Shown here one piece after another: positions 9,870 through 19,919 of a stretch of 64,000 bases of DNA. Source of the DNA: Alphaproteobacteria bacterium (GTDB lineage: Bacteria > Pseudomonadota > Alphaproteobacteria > SMXQ01); the NCBI GenBank assembly GCA_009380075.1, contig WHSO01000006.1:13930-77929 (forward strand), given 5' to 3'. Within the stretch, counting starts at the first letter, position 1, and each line of letters begins with the position of its first letter. The notes under the pieces are model-generated. The model was not told where the DNA came from, ran no database searches, and saw only the letters and a program-made list of their open reading frames with translations. The translations under genes were made by a program, and so were the position numbers.

Positions 9870-10985
9870 CTAGGCCTCGATCACGGCGCCGGCGCGCATC
9901 TTCTGCGCATCGAAGGTGATGAGGTCGTTGCCCTGCGGACCGCGCATGACCCCCGGCGGATCTTCGCCACGTTCCACGGTACGGATGGCGTCGTCCAGCA
10001 TCTTGCGGAAGATGGCAACGCCGGTGTCGGAGGTGGCCAGCGTCTCGCCCGTCCGCGGCGCGATGACGCCCTGGCTTTCCTGGGCGGCGCGGTCCTGGTC
10101 GCGGGAATGCAGGCCCCACCACTCGTCCTCCATCCGGTCGTAGACGCCGCGCACGCGCGACTTCAGGCCTTCGTTGGTGATGGTTTCGGGCGTGCCGCGC
10201 GCCTCGCGCCCGCGGATGAAGAAGGTCATGGTCTTTTCGTCGTCCACCGGCACGCGGAAGCGGAGGATATGGCTCGGGTTGTCGCCGACCCGGGCGCCGA
10301 AATAGCGGCTGTTGGCCGGGAACAGGAAATGCGACACCTTGGCGAAGCCGTTGGGGACCCTGAAGGCGGCGCGGACCCCGTACCAGGTGCGTTCCCATTC
10401 CACGTCCGGGCGCTGCAGCGCGACGTCGGGATAGACGCTGGCGTGCAGGGCGATGGAATGCATCTGGTCGACGGCGTTCTCGGCGCGCTGCATCCAGTTG
10501 CAATGCTCTTCGAAGGCACCGATGACGCGCGTCAGCCCGTCGCGGAACAAGAGGTCGTAAGCGGGGAACTCCGGCGCCGGCTCGGGGCCCATGTAGGCGA
10601 AGACCAGGCCCGCGACCTCGCGCGCCGGGTAGGTCCTTGCCCGCACCTCGCGCTTCAGCGGCGTATCGTCGGGCTCCGCCGGCATGTCGAGGCACGCGCC
10701 GGTGCGGTCGAACTTCCAGCCGTGGTAGCAGCAGCGGATGCCGTCGCTTTCGACACGGCCGAGTTCCAGCCCGGCGCCGCGGTGCGGGCAGGCGCGCTCG
10801 ATCAGCCCCAGCGCACCCGAACCGTCGCGGAAGAGGATGAGGCCTTCGCCGAGCACGCGCACCGGCACCGGTTTCGTCGCAACAGAGTCGGAGAACCAGA
10901 CAGGCCACCAGTAGCGGCGCATGAGATTGCCCGCCGGCGTGCCGGGGCCGACCTGCGTAAACCGCCGGTTTTCATCAGGTGTCAT
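9870..10985 (-). CDS. Rieske non-heme iron oxygenase alpha subunit (phthalate/vanillate-type)
   Basis: CPHRG..CCYHGWKF Rieske ligands; ENAVDQMHSIALH mononuclear Fe site; QDRAAQESQG; start MTPDEN. Confidence 0.92.
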   Translation of the reverse strand: MTPDENRRFTQVGPGTPAGNLMRRYWWPVWFSDSVATKPVPVRVLGEGLILFRDGSGALGLIERACPHRGAGLELGRVESDGIRCCYHGWKFDRTGACLDMPAEPDDTPLKREVRARTYPAREVAGLVFAYMGPEPAPEFPAYDLLFRDGLTRVIGAFEEHCNWMQRAENAVDQMHSIALHASVYPDVALQRPDVEWERTWYGVRAAFRVPNGFAKVSHFLFPANSRYFGARVGDNPSHILRFRVPVDDEKTMTFFIRGREARGTPETITNEGLKSRVRGVYDRMEDEWWGLHSRDQDRAAQESQGVIAPRTGETLATSDTGVAIFRKMLDDAIRTVERGEDPPGVMRGPQGNDLITFDAQKMRAGAVIEA

Positions 10986-11529
10986 CGTATCGCTCCTCCC
11001 CGGAATTTGTGTTTTTCTACAGAGGGATATCTCCGTTCCCAACAGAAAAATTCTACCATGAATCACCCCACCCCGCGCTAAGATTGACGTACATCGGCAT
11101 CGCGACCGAAGAGTCGCCATCGGCCCGGAAAGGACGCTTTGCGTCTTAGGGTACGAAACATCAAATGCCGGAAGGGGGGTGACCATGATGACGTCAGAAC
11201 AGAATGAACGGCTGACCCGCGTCGGGCCGGGTACGCCGTGTGGCGACATGCTGCGGCGTTACTGGTGGCCCGTGGGATTTGGTTCCCACATCACATCCAA
11301 GCCCGTGCCGGTGCGCATCCTTGGCGAAGACCTCATCCTCTTCCGCGACGGTTCGGGTGCGCTGGGGCTGATCGAGCGCGCCTGCCCGCACCGCGGCGCC
11401 GGGCTCGAACTCGGCCGTGTCGAAAGCGATGGCATCCGCTGCTGCTACCACGGCTGGAAGTTCGACCGTGCCGGCAACTGCCTCGACATGCCGGCGGAGC
11501 CCGACGATACGCCGCTGAAGCGCGAGGTG
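10644..11529. repeat. 199-bp inverted repeat (10644-10842 and 11331-11529) inside the two Rieske genes
   Basis: Manual alignment: 7 mismatches in 199 bp; first 75 bp identical. Confidence 0.9.
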
Positions 11530-12321
11530 AAGGCGCGCACCTACCGCGCACAGGATCTGGCCGGGCTGGTCTTCGCCTACATGGGGCCGGATCCCATTCC
11601 GGAAATCCCGCCGTATGATCTTCTTGTGCGGGAGGATATGAACCGGGTGCTCTACTCCAAGGAGGAAAAGTGCAACTGGCTCCAGCGCGCGGAGAACGGC
11701 TGCGACCCCCACCACCTGATGGCGCTGCACGCGCCGGGCTATCCGCAGATCGCGCTCAAGCCCGCCACCGTCACCTGGGAAAAGACCTGGTACGGCTTCC
11801 GCCAGGAACAGCAGTATCCGGACAGCCTCTACAACGTCACCCATCAGATCTTCCCGTCCCACACGCGCCGCCTGGCGGCGCGTGTCGGCGACGACCCCAA
11901 GCACTATCTCAACTTGCGGGTGCCGGTAGACGACGTCACCACCATCACCTACTTCGTGCAGGCCGTCATCGCCGAACGGGGCCCCTACACGATCACGACC
12001 CACGACCACACGGCCTACGACTACATGGCCTACGAAGAGGTCAATGACGGCTGGTGGCGCATCCCCTCCCACGAACAGGACCGCATCGCCCAGGAAAGCC
12101 AGGGGCGGATCGCCGACCGTTCGCGCGAGACGCTGGGCACCTCCGACCGGGGTATCGTCATGTTCCGGCGCAACCTGGAGGAGTCGATCTGCGCCGTGCA
12201 GGAGGGCCGCGATCCGGTGGGCGTCGTGCGCGACCGCACCCGCAATGACGTGATCCGCTTCGATGCCGGCAAGAACTTCTCGGGCGGTACCACCCGGCCC
12301 CCCGCCATCATCGCCACGTAA
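11185..12321 (+). CDS. Rieske non-heme iron oxygenase alpha subunit (paralog)
   Basis: CPHRG..CCYHGW, ENGCDPHHLMALH and QDRIAQESQG. Confidence 0.92.
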   Translation: MMTSEQNERLTRVGPGTPCGDMLRRYWWPVGFGSHITSKPVPVRILGEDLILFRDGSGALGLIERACPHRGAGLELGRVESDGIRCCYHGWKFDRAGNCLDMPAEPDDTPLKREVKARTYRAQDLAGLVFAYMGPDPIPEIPPYDLLVREDMNRVLYSKEEKCNWLQRAENGCDPHHLMALHAPGYPQIALKPATVTWEKTWYGFRQEQQYPDSLYNVTHQIFPSHTRRLAARVGDDPKHYLNLRVPVDDVTTITYFVQAVIAERGPYTITTHDHTAYDYMAYEEVNDGWWRIPSHEQDRIAQESQGRIADRSRETLGTSDRGIVMFRRNLEESICAVQEGRDPVGVVRDRTRNDVIRFDAGKNFSGGTTRPPAIIAT

Positions 12322-12383
12322 GCTTTCCGGTTCCGTCAGGCGTTGTGTGCACGCGGCAATCACAAGACGCGAAGGAGACTTTC

Positions 12384-13532
12384 ATGACTACCTTCATCCC
12401 CGTGCTCGGTCGGGCCACCGTGTTCCTTGCGGCGTTTCTGCCATTCGCAGCGACGGCCCAGGACATGCCGCCCGCGGCGAAAAAGGTCGTCGCCGACCTG
12501 AAGGTCTCGCCGGACATCCTGGCCGGTTGGGAAGACGAGCACAAGGTACCGGCATCGTGGCTGGCGGCGGCGCGCAAGGAAGCGGCCCTCAGGATCAACG
12601 GGAGCTGGGCGCCCAAGGAATTCGACGACATGGCGCAGGCGTTCCGCGAGCGTTACCCGTTCATCGCCATAAATTACAACCGGGCATCGAACCGGAACCG
12701 CGTGCGCGTCCCGCTGATCGCCTACAAGGAAGGGCGCATCACCACCGATATCATCACGGGCATCGACAGTTCCATCAACCAGTTCCGCGCCGCCAACGCG
12801 CTGGCCGACCTCTCGGACGTGCCCAACCTCTCGAACATTCCACCGGGCATGGGCTCGCGCAGCGGCCACTGGGCCGGCGTGCGCGTGCGCTACTGGTGCT
12901 TCGGGTTCAACCCGACCCTGATCAAGCCCGAGGCAATGCCCAAGCGCTGGGAAGACCTTCTGACGACACCGGGCCTCAAGGACGGCAAGCTGGCGCTGTG
13001 GCGCGGCGTCACCTCGTGGCTGCTGCCGTTGTGGGGCGAGAAAGGCGAGGCCTGGGCCAAGGACTACGCTACCCGCCTGTTCGCCGAGGTGAAGCCGCAG
13101 CGGCGCAAGGAAGGCGCGCGGGCGCTAATCAGCCTCGTGGTCGCGGGCGAATTCAACGCCACCCTCGCCGCCGCCGCCTATCAGGTGCGCGCGATCGAGA
13201 AAAAGGGTGCGCCCGTGGCCTTCCATTGTCCCGACGTGGTGCCGGTGTCGATCTCCTCGGTCGGCGTGCTCGCCCGCAACCCTCACCTGAACGCGTCGAA
13301 GCTGTTCATGAACTGGTTCCTGAGCAAGGAGGGGCAGCTCTCCCAGTACGCCGCCGACGGCGCGCCGCCGGTGCACAAGGCGCTGATCGGACGCGGCTTC
13401 ATGGCCTATCCGGCGGCGATCAAGGGCAAGAAAGTCGTGTTCCGTAATCCTGACCTTCTCGACGAGGAGCTCAAGGCGCTGCTCAAGTTCTGGAATCCGC
13501 TGTTCAACAGCGGCGACAACAAGGGCGGATAG
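12384..13532 (+). CDS. ABC-type extracellular solute-binding protein
   Basis: GGAG RBS, signal peptide, AARKEAAL, PKRWEDLL and KLFMNWFLSKEGQ. Confidence 0.85.
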   Translation: MTTFIPVLGRATVFLAAFLPFAATAQDMPPAAKKVVADLKVSPDILAGWEDEHKVPASWLAAARKEAALRINGSWAPKEFDDMAQAFRERYPFIAINYNRASNRNRVRVPLIAYKEGRITTDIITGIDSSINQFRAANALADLSDVPNLSNIPPGMGSRSGHWAGVRVRYWCFGFNPTLIKPEAMPKRWEDLLTTPGLKDGKLALWRGVTSWLLPLWGEKGEAWAKDYATRLFAEVKPQRRKEGARALISLVVAGEFNATLAAAAYQVRAIEKKGAPVAFHCPDVVPVSISSVGVLARNPHLNASKLFMNWFLSKEGQLSQYAADGAPPVHKALIGRGFMAYPAAIKGKKVVFRNPDLLDEELKALLKFWNPLFNSGDNKGG

Positions 13533-13643
13533 GGCCGTTCAGGGCGCGGTCCCGGGATCGAGACCGCTTTCGTTCGCCAGGCGCTGGATTTCGGCGCGCA
13601 GCTTCGCCCGCCACGGCGCATCGGCGGGAGCATCTTTGCGCGC

Positions 13644-14147
13644 TCAGCGCGCGCCATCTGTGCCGAGGTGGCGCATCAAATTGTCGAGCGTGGTGTAGCC
13701 GATCTCGACGGCGCCGAAACCCAGCCCCGCGTCGCGCTGCGCCTTGTTGGGGTGCATCTGCCGTAAGGTCAGGACCATCTTGCCGTCGCTCTGTTCATCG
13801 AAGGTGAGGAGTACGCGAAAACGGCCGGCGTCGTCATCCTTGTCGGAATCGTGTTCGAATTCGATCGTGTGTGGCGCCTCGATGCGCAGGAATGTCATGC
13901 GGTTGTCGTAGCGCTTGCCATCCGGTCCGATCATGAGGAAACGCCAGCGGCCGCCGACGCGAATATCGATCTCACGCGTCTCCACTGTGAAGCCCTTGGG
14001 CCCGAACCAGCGCGGCAGATGATCCTTATTGATCCATGCGTCGAAGACCACGTGCCGCGGCGCCGCAATGACGCGCGACAGCACGAGCTCGCGTTCAAGC
14101 GCGTCCAAATCCCACGCCGAATCACTTTTTGCGTTTTGGCTCGCCAT
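13644..14147 (-). CDS. SRPBCC/Aha1-domain protein
   Basis: ELVLSRVIAAPRHVVFDAW, WFGPKGF and DIRVGGRWRF. Confidence 0.9.
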   Translation of the reverse strand: MASQNAKSDSAWDLDALERELVLSRVIAAPRHVVFDAWINKDHLPRWFGPKGFTVETREIDIRVGGRWRFLMIGPDGKRYDNRMTFLRIEAPHTIEFEHDSDKDDDAGRFRVLLTFDEQSDGKMVLTLRQMHPNKAQRDAGLGFGAVEIGYTTLDNLMRHLGTDGAR

Positions 14148-14472
14148 GTTTCGGTCCCCTGAGATTCATTTGGTTGATGTAGGCTTCCATGCGGTCGAGG
14201 CGGCCTTCCCAAACCGCGCGTTGGGACGACAGCCAGTCCTCGATCTCCCGCACCGTCTCGGTGCGCAGCCTGCAGGGCCGCCTGTTGCCCTCGACCCGGC
14301 GGTCGATCAGTCCGGCGCCTTCGAGCACCTTGAGGTGCTTGGAGATCGCCGGCTGGCTCATCTCGAACGGTTCGGCCAGTTCCATCACCGTTCCATCACC
14401 CTGCGCTAGGCGCGCCAGGATGGCGCGGCGCGTCGGGTCGGCAAGGGCGAAGAAGGCGGCGTCCAAATTCAT
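14122..14472 (-). CDS. ArsR/SmtB family transcriptional regulator
   Basis: FFALADPTRRAIL and SQPAISKHLKVLEGAGLI. Confidence 0.93.
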   Translation of the reverse strand: MNLDAAFFALADPTRRAILARLAQGDGTVMELAEPFEMSQPAISKHLKVLEGAGLIDRRVEGNRRPCRLRTETVREIEDWLSSQRAVWEGRLDRMEAYINQMNLRGPKHGEPKRKK

Positions 14473-14473
14473 A

Positions 14474-14511
14474 ATAACTTATTAGTTATATAACCGTATG
14501 GTTATTGTCAA
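14474..14511 (-). promoter_or_regulatory. Tandem palindromic operators overlapping the arsR promoter
   Basis: ATAACT-TATT-AGTTAT (14474-14489) and ATAACC-GTAT-GGTTAT (14490-14505); TTGACA on the minus strand at 14506-14511; no RBS before the ATG. Confidence 0.75.
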
Positions 14512-14557
14512 GCCAAAAAAAGTGCGCCGTCGGCGGTCGTTTCGCACGGACACGCGA

Positions 14558-15424
14558 TTAACGCGCGCCCAGTTCGCGTTCGAGCTTTTCCAATTTCTCG
14601 CGCAGACCTTCGCGCCACGGCGCGTCGGCTGGGGCCGTGCGCTCGAGCTCCTGCCAGAGGGTGAGAGCTGCCTTCGGATCGCCGCCTTGCAACAGCGCGA
14701 GGCCGCGGTAATAGCGCGCCGCCGGATCGGTGGGCGCCGCCGCCAGCGCCGCATCGAAGGCGGCCTTGGCGGCGGGGGTCACGGTGCCGTCGGCGCGGGC
14801 GAGCAAGGTCTCTCCGTAAGCGAGGGCGACGGCGGCGGCGTTGTCGGGCCGCTGCGCCGTCGCGTCCATGGCGCGCCGGTAGGTGGCCTCGGCGTCGCCG
14901 TCGCGGCCGAGGCGCTGGTAGAGCCGGATCAGCAGCGTCCAGCCACGGGCATCGTCGGGGGCTTCCTTGATGCGCGCCTCGATCAGCTCGATCATGGCGG
15001 CGATGCCCTCGGCGCTGGGCAGCGCCGGTGGCGTCTCGGCCTTGGGCCGTTCGGCGAAGGGCCGGGCCGGCAGGCCCGGCGCTCCGAACACGACATAGGC
15101 GAGGCCCGCCGCGGCGGGCAAGGCGACGATCAGTACCGCTGCCAACGCCCGCCCGGTGGAGTGACGCCCGGACCCGGTGCCGCGCCGGTCGGATTCCAGC
15201 GCGGCCAGCGCCCGGCGCTCGATCTCCGTGCGCGCTGCCTCGGCCTCCGCTGCGCCGATCAGGCCGCGGTCGCGGTCGCGCGCGATCTCCGCCAACTGGT
15301 CGGCGTAGATAGCGCGGTCGAAGGCGGCGCGGTTCTCGGCCGGGCCGCGCCGGCCCAGCAGCGGCCAGGCCAGCGCCGCGACGGCGGCAACGGTCATGAC
15401 GCCGAGGACGACGATCAGCGTCAT
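14558..15424 (-). CDS. ccmI: Cytochrome c biogenesis protein CcmI/CycH (TPR)
   Basis: IYADQLAEIARD..GLI..EAEAARTEIERR, PDDARGW, TPR repeats; position in the operon. Confidence 0.88.
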   Translation of the reverse strand: MTLIVVLGVMTVAAVAALAWPLLGRRGPAENRAAFDRAIYADQLAEIARDRDRGLIGAAEAEAARTEIERRALAALESDRRGTGSGRHSTGRALAAVLIVALPAAAGLAYVVFGAPGLPARPFAERPKAETPPALPSAEGIAAMIELIEARIKEAPDDARGWTLLIRLYQRLGRDGDAEATYRRAMDATAQRPDNAAAVALAYGETLLARADGTVTPAAKAAFDAALAAAPTDPAARYYRGLALLQGGDPKAALTLWQELERTAPADAPWREGLREKLEKLERELGAR

Positions 15425-15939
15425 GCGCCGGCGCCCTTGCCGCCGTCGTCACCGTCGTCGTCGAGAAGGGCACGCAGGCGCGCGCGCTCCTGGGCATCCA
15501 GCGGCCGTGCCTCCCGCGCGGTCCGCCGGGCCCGCAATCGCAGGACTACGACCGCTCCGCCGATCAGGAGGAGCGCGAAAGGCGCCGTCCACAGCGCGAC
15601 GGTGCTCGCCTTGAGCGGCGGCTTGAGCAGGACGAAATCGCCGTAACGGCTGGTCAGGAAGCGGATGATCTCCTCGTTGCTGTCGCCCGCGAGCAGGCGT
15701 TCGCGCACCAGGATGCGCAGGTCGCGCGCCAGCTCCGCGTCGGAATCGTCGATCGACTGGTTCTGGCAGACGAGGCAGCGCAATTCCTTGAACAGCTCGC
15801 GCGCCCGGGCTTCGAGCGCCGGGTCGGGCAGCGCCTCGTTGGCGCCGACGGCACGGGCCGGCGGCGCGGCGAGTCCCACCGTCACCGCCACCAGCGCCGC
15901 CGCCAGTGCGGCACGCACGCCGGTACGCGGGCGGATCAC
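15421..15939 (-). CDS. ccmH: Cytochrome c biogenesis protein CcmH/CycL
   Basis: LRCLVCQNQSIDDSDA and RYGDFVLLKPP; the C-terminal part of the spurious 1113-aa ORF; GTGA overlap with ccmG. Confidence 0.92.
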   Translation of the reverse strand: MIRPRTGVRAALAAALVAVTVGLAAPPARAVGANEALPDPALEARARELFKELRCLVCQNQSIDDSDAELARDLRILVRERLLAGDSNEEIIRFLTSRYGDFVLLKPPLKASTVALWTAPFALLLIGGAVVVLRLRARRTAREARPLDAQERARLRALLDDDGDDGGKGAGA

Positions 15940-16481
15940 GGTCTTTCCTCGCGCAACAGGCGCTCGATCACCGGAACGATCTTCTCGGCGTATTCGCCGG
16001 GGTGGATCGGACCGATGTGCTTGTAGCGGATGATCCCCGTGGCATCGATGATGAAGGTCTCCGGCACGCCGTAGACGCCGAAATCGATGGCGACGCGGCC
16101 CTTCTCGTCGGCGGCGATGCGGGCATAGGGATTGCCGAGCTCGGCGAGCCATTTCTTCGCGTCGGCGGGCTTGTCCTTGTAGTTGAGGCCGACGACCCGC
16201 ACCTTGCCCTCGCGCGCCATGCGCATCAGGATCGGATGCTCGATCTTGCACGGCAGGCACCACGACGCGAAGACGTTGAACACGCTGACGCGCCCCTTGA
16301 GGTCGACGTCGCTCACCTCGCCGTCGCCGTCGAGGGCCGGCAGGCGGAACGCCGGCACCGGCTTGCCGATGAACGGCGACGGGATTTCGCCGGGGTCGCG
16401 CGGACGCGACAGCAGGATGATGAAGATCGCGCTTAGCAGGACCAGCGCCGCGGCCGGCAGGATGAAAAGAAGGCGCCGCAT
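15936..16481 (-). CDS. ccmG: Thiol:disulfide oxidoreductase CcmG/DsbE
   Basis: FASWCLPCKIEHP and GVYGVPETFIID. Confidence 0.93.
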   Translation of the reverse strand: MRRLLFILPAAALVLLSAIFIILLSRPRDPGEIPSPFIGKPVPAFRLPALDGDGEVSDVDLKGRVSVFNVFASWCLPCKIEHPILMRMAREGKVRVVGLNYKDKPADAKKWLAELGNPYARIAADEKGRVAIDFGVYGVPETFIIDATGIIRYKHIGPIHPGEYAEKIVPVIERLLREERP

Positions 16482-16484
16482 CGG

Positions 16485-18488
16485 TCAGGCGGCGCCGGGC
16501 ACGGCCGCGTCGGCGGAACCCCGTGCCTTGCGCGACGGTGCGCCGACCCGGTGACGGCGGTCGGTGAGCGACACCAACCCGCCCGCCACCATGATCACCG
16601 CGCCGATCCAGATCCACGGCACCAGCGGGTTGTGATAGAGCCGCACGGTCCACCCGGCCGCGCCGCCGGGTGCCGGGGCGGTGGGATCGCCCAGCACGGC
16701 ATAGAGATCGGCCATGAAGGTGGTATGGATCGCGGCCTCCGTCGTCGTCTGGCGCGGCGTCGTGAAAGCGCGTTTTTCCGGGCGCAGGACCGTCACCGGG
16801 GCGCCGTTCCGGGTCACGGTCAGGGTCGCGCGCTCGGCCAGGTAATTGGGGCCGGGGATGCGTTCGACACGGTCGAGGGTGACACGGTAGCCCGCGATCT
16901 CCACCGCCTGGCCCGGCGTCATGGCGAGGATGCGCTCGGACTGCCAGGCCGACGACGCGGTGATGCCGAGCACGATCACCGCCATCGCCCCATGGGCCAC
17001 CGTCATGCCGATGGCGGCGCGCGGCAGGCCACCGAGGCGCCGCAGCGTCTCGGCCGGCGGCGCGCGGAACAGGCGGATGCGTTCCGCCAGCTCCGTCACC
17101 GTGCCGAGGGCGAGCCAGGCGGCGAGCCCGACGCCGAGCACCGCGAGAACCGGACCGCCGGTAAACGCGAACGTGGTGCCGGTGACGAGGACGGTGACGA
17201 CCGCGGCGGCGGCGAGACGTGCGAGCACGCCGGCGAGGTCGCCGCGCTTCCAGGCCAGCAACGGCCCCATCGCCATGACCGCGATCAACGGCGCCATGAT
17301 CGGAACGAAGGTAAGGTTGTAGTAGGGCGCGCCGACCGACACCTTGCCGGCGCCGACGGCCTCGATCACCAGCGGGTAGAGCGTACCCAGCAGCACCGTT
17401 GCCGTCGCCGTGCCGAGCAGCAGGTTGTTGAGCACCAGCCCCCCTTCGCGCGAGATGGGTGCGAACAGGCCGCCCATGCGCATGGATGGCGCCCGCAACG
17501 CATAGAGGCCGAGGCTGCCTCCCGCCGCGACCAGCAGCAGCGCCAGGATGAACAGCCCGCGCGTCGGGTCGCTGGCGAAGGTATGGACCGAGGTGAGCAC
17601 GCCGGACCGCACTAGGAAGGTGCCCATCATCGCCAGCACGAAGGTAAGGATGGCGAGCAGGATGGTCCAGCTCTTGAGCGCGTCGCGTTTCTCCACCACG
17701 ATCGCCGAATGCAGGAGCGCCGTTCCCGCCAGCCACGGCATGAACGACGCGTTTTCCACCGGGTCCCAGAACCAGAAGCCGCCCCAGCCGAGCTCGTAGT
17801 ACGCCCACCAGCTTCCCAGTGCGATACCCAACGTCAGCGCACACCACGCCGCGAGCGTCCACGGCCGGACCCAGCGCGCCCAGGCGGCGTCGACCCGGCC
17901 CTCGATCAGGGCCGCGACGGCAAAGGCGAAGGCGACCGAGAAGCCGACATAGCCGAGGTAGAGAAACGGCGGATGGAAGGCAAGGCCGGGGTCCTGCAGG
18001 ATGGGGTTGAGGCCGTTGCCGTCTACCGGCGCGGGGTCGAGGCGCAGGAACGGGTTCGACGTCGCCACGACGAACAGCAGGAAGGCGAAGCCGATCATGC
18101 CCTGCACGGCCAGCACGCGGGCGCGCAGCGCCGGCGGCAGGTTGCGGCCAAAGGCGGCGATGGCGGCGCCGAACAGCGCCAGGATCAGCACCCACAGCAC
18201 CATGGAGCCTTCGTGATTGCTCCACACGCCGGCCACCTTGTAGAGCATGGGCTTGGCCGAATGGGAATTCTGCGCCACGTTGACGACGGAAAAATCCGAC
18301 ACGATGTAAGCGTGCATCAGGCTGAAGAAGGCCGCGGCGATGAACACGAACTGGGTGACCGCGGCGGTGCGGCCCATGTCCATCAGTGCCGCATCGTTGC
18401 GCGCCGCACCGAACAGTGGCACCGTCGCCTGGGCCGCCGCCAGGCACAGCGCGAGGACGAGGGCGAAATGTCCGGCCTCGGCGATCAT
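16485..18488 (-). CDS. ccmF: Heme lyase CcmF
   Basis: [27 protein letters not shown] and [11 protein letters not shown]. Confidence 0.96.
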   Translation of the reverse strand: MIAEAGHFALVLALCLAAAQATVPLFGAARNDAALMDMGRTAAVTQFVFIAAAFFSLMHAYIVSDFSVVNVAQNSHSAKPMLYKVAGVWSNHEGSMVLWVLILALFGAAIAAFGRNLPPALRARVLAVQGMIGFAFLLFVVATSNPFLRLDPAPVDGNGLNPILQDPGLAFHPPFLYLGYVGFSVAFAFAVAALIEGRVDAAWARWVRPWTLAAWCALTLGIALGSWWAYYELGWGGFWFWDPVENASFMPWLAGTALLHSAIVVEKRDALKSWTILLAILTFVLAMMGTFLVRSGVLTSVHTFASDPTRGLFILALLLVAAGGSLGLYALRAPSMRMGGLFAPISREGGLVLNNLLLGTATATVLLGTLYPLVIEAVGAGKVSVGAPYYNLTFVPIMAPLIAVMAMGPLLAWKRGDLAGVLARLAAAAVVTVLVTGTTFAFTGGPVLAVLGVGLAAWLALGTVTELAERIRLFRAPPAETLRRLGGLPRAAIGMTVAHGAMAVIVLGITASSAWQSERILAMTPGQAVEIAGYRVTLDRVERIPGPNYLAERATLTVTRNGAPVTVLRPEKRAFTTPRQTTTEAAIHTTFMADLYAVLGDPTAPAPGGAAGWTVRLYHNPLVPWIWIGAVIMVAGGLVSLTDRRHRVGAPSRKARGSADAAVPGAA

Positions 18489-18985
18489 GGGGTTGCACCC
18501 GTGCCGGCGCCTGCCTTGCCTTCGGACTCCTTCCACTGGCCAGAGCGCTTGATGGCGTCAGCGACCTCGCGCGGCATGTAGGTCTCGTCGTGCTTGGCCA
18601 GGACTTCGCGCGCCTCGAAGGTGCCGGGCGCGGTGAGGCGGCCTTGGGCAACCACGCCCTGGCCCTCACGGAACAAGTCGGGAAGGATGCCGCGATACAC
18701 GACCGCCAGCCGGTTCGCGGTGTCGGTGACGGTGAAGCGCACCTCCGCCCCCTGGCGCGCAACGCTGCCCTTCTCCACCAGGCCGCCGATGCGGATCAGG
18801 CGGTCCCTGGGCACGTCGGTGCGGGTGGCAAGGTCGGTCGGCGAATAGAAGAACACAAGGTTGTCCTCAAAGGCATTGAGGATCAGCATCGCCGCGAGGC
18901 CGAGAACGACCGCGGCGGCGCCGAGCAGATAGAGCCGCCGGCGGCGCCGGGTGAAGGCCGGACGGCGGGGTCGGGCCGTGGTCAC
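18485..18985 (-). CDS. ccmE: Heme chaperone CcmE
   Basis: [21 protein letters not shown] and [10 protein letters not shown]; GTG start. Confidence 0.94.
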   Translation of the reverse strand: MTTARPRRPAFTRRRRRLYLLGAAAVVLGLAAMLILNAFEDNLVFFYSPTDLATRTDVPRDRLIRIGGLVEKGSVARQGAEVRFTVTDTANRLAVVYRGILPDLFREGQGVVAQGRLTAPGTFEAREVLAKHDETYMPREVADAIKRSGQWKESEGKAGAGTGATP

Positions 18986-19161
18986 GGGCGGCCGCCTTCG
19001 GCGCGATCCCGCATCCGGTCGAGCGCGCCCTCGCTGGCCCGGAGGCGGGCCAGCACCCGCCATGCCATCCCGCCCAGTACCAGGGCGGCGAAGGCGAATG
19101 CCGGCCAGACGTAGGCGCCGTAGCCGCCCATGCGGAAGAATTCCGTGACGGCGGCGGTCAT
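18982..19161 (-). CDS. ccmD: Heme exporter protein CcmD
   Basis: Manual translation [29 protein letters not shown]...; 59 aa, overlaps both ccmC and ccmE. Confidence 0.88.
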   Translation of the reverse strand: MTAAVTEFFRMGGYGAYVWPAFAFAALVLGGMAWRVLARLRASEGALDRMRDRAEGGRP

Positions 19162-19916
19162 CGCGCTTCCCCTTGTAGCCCGTCCGCCGCCGGCTCATTG
19201 CGTCCCGCCGCGACCAACAGGGCCTGCAGCTTGCGTCCGGCGATCTCGGCCCGCACGCTCAGGATCAGCAGTGCGGCGAAATAGGCCATGAAGGCGACCG
19301 CCATCGTCAGCAGCGGCCAGAGCATCGACGGGTGGATGGCGGGTCCGCCGATACGCAACACCGAAGCGGGCTGGTGCAACGTCGCCCACCAGTCGACCGA
19401 GAACTTGATGATCGGGATGTTGACGAAGCCGACCAGCGCCAGCAACGCCGCGGCGCGGTTGCCGCGCTCGGCGTCGTCGAAGGCGCCGCGCAGCGCGATC
19501 AGGCCGAGGTAGAGGAAGAACAGCACCAGCACTGAGGTCAGCCGCGCGTCCCATACCCACCACGTGCCCCAGCTGGTCTTGCCCCACAGCATGCCGGTGA
19601 CCAGGCAGATCGCGGTGAACCCGGCGCCCAACGGCACCGCCGCGCCGGCGACGATATGCGCCAACGGATGCTTCCACACCAGCGCGACGGCGGAGAACAC
19701 GGCGACCAGCGTATAGGCGGCGAGCGCCATCCATGCCGCCGGCACGTGGATGTACATGATCCGCACCGAATCGCCCTGCTGGTAGTCGGCGGGCGATACG
19801 AACACGGCGAGCCACAGGCCGACGCCCCCCGTCACCGCCGCCGCTGCCCAGCACCACGGCAGCACCGCGCCGGCGAGGCGCAGGAAACGGGCGGGATTGG
19901 CGAGGATATTGACCAT
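19158..19916 (-). CDS. ccmC: Heme exporter protein CcmC
   Basis: [23 protein letters not shown] and WWATLHQ. Confidence 0.96.
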   Translation of the reverse strand: MVNILANPARFLRLAGAVLPWCWAAAAVTGGVGLWLAVFVSPADYQQGDSVRIMYIHVPAAWMALAAYTLVAVFSAVALVWKHPLAHIVAGAAVPLGAGFTAICLVTGMLWGKTSWGTWWVWDARLTSVLVLFFLYLGLIALRGAFDDAERGNRAAALLALVGFVNIPIIKFSVDWWATLHQPASVLRIGGPAIHPSMLWPLLTMAVAFMAYFAALLILSVRAEIAGRKLQALLVAAGRNEPAADGLQGEAR

Positions 19917-19919
19917 AGC

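Noticed and set aside
15421-18762. 1113-aa ORF spanning ccmE to ccmH
   Set aside because: An Arg/Gly/Pro-rich off-frame run-through; only the last 172 aa (CcmH) look like real protein.
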